Below are positions 63,706 through 64,000 of a stretch of DNA of 64,000 nucleotides, piece by piece. Made by a program: the position numbers and the translations under genes. A model generated the notes under the pieces. The model was not told the DNA's origin. It saw nothing but the letters and a program-made list of their open reading frames with translations, and made no database searches. This DNA comes from Octopus bimaculoides (taxonomy: Eukaryota): assembly GCF_001194135.2 (NCBI RefSeq), contig NC_068983.1, forward strand, positions 102,137,969 through 102,201,968, in the 5' to 3' direction. Positions within the stretch are counted from its first letter, which is position 1; each line of letters begins with the position of its first letter.

Positions 63706-64000
63706 ATCATCATCATCATCGTTTAACGTCCGCTTTCCATGCTAGCATGGGTTGGACGATTTGACTGAGGACTGGTGAAACCGGATGGCAACTCCAGGCT
63801 CCAGTCTGATTTGGCAGAGTTTCTACAGCTGGATGCCCTTCCTAACGCCAACCACTCAGAGAGTGTAGTGGGTGCTTTTACGTGTCACCCGCACGAAAAC
63901 GGCCACGCTCGAAATGGTGTCTTTTATGTGCCACCCGCACAAGCCAGTCCAGGGGCACTGGCAACGATCTCGCTCGAAAATCCTACAGGAGCCAGTCAGG
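63706..64000 (-). mobile_element. RTE LINE 3' end (runs off the window)
   Basis: Same family. Confidence 0.8.

Overview
AT-rich, repeat-dense animal genomic DNA with five assembly gaps (1630-1811, 30436-30761, 48135-48157, 57908-58455, 61495-61613). The repeat families suggest an octopod cephalopod, which is inference and not proven. Three multi-exon housekeeping genes were rebuilt by hand with consistent GT-AG phases. (1) COG5 on +: 16 coding exons, 305-26079, 5' part outside the window. (2) COQ2 on -: complete 7-exon CDS, 43913-31614, 381 aa. (3) MCM2 on +: 5 confident exons, 53374-60839, continuing past the window; start exon uncertain. COG5 and COQ2 are convergent; COQ2 and MCM2 are divergent. 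Introns and spacers hold RTE LINE pieces, several tRNA-derived SINE families, ten copies of a TTAA-flanked piggyBac-like MITE, mariner-, hAT- and MULE-like TIR elements, and Merlin, Helitron and Helentron relics. The most unusual structures are long inverted repeats: a ~97% identical foldback carrying head-to-head tRNA-like cassettes (33755-34109), a ~690 bp-arm inverted duplication (12963-14607) and a repeat array beside a Merlin transposase relic (51395-52110). No prokaryotic-type system such as CRISPR or an operon is present, and I found no clearly new protein-coding system.
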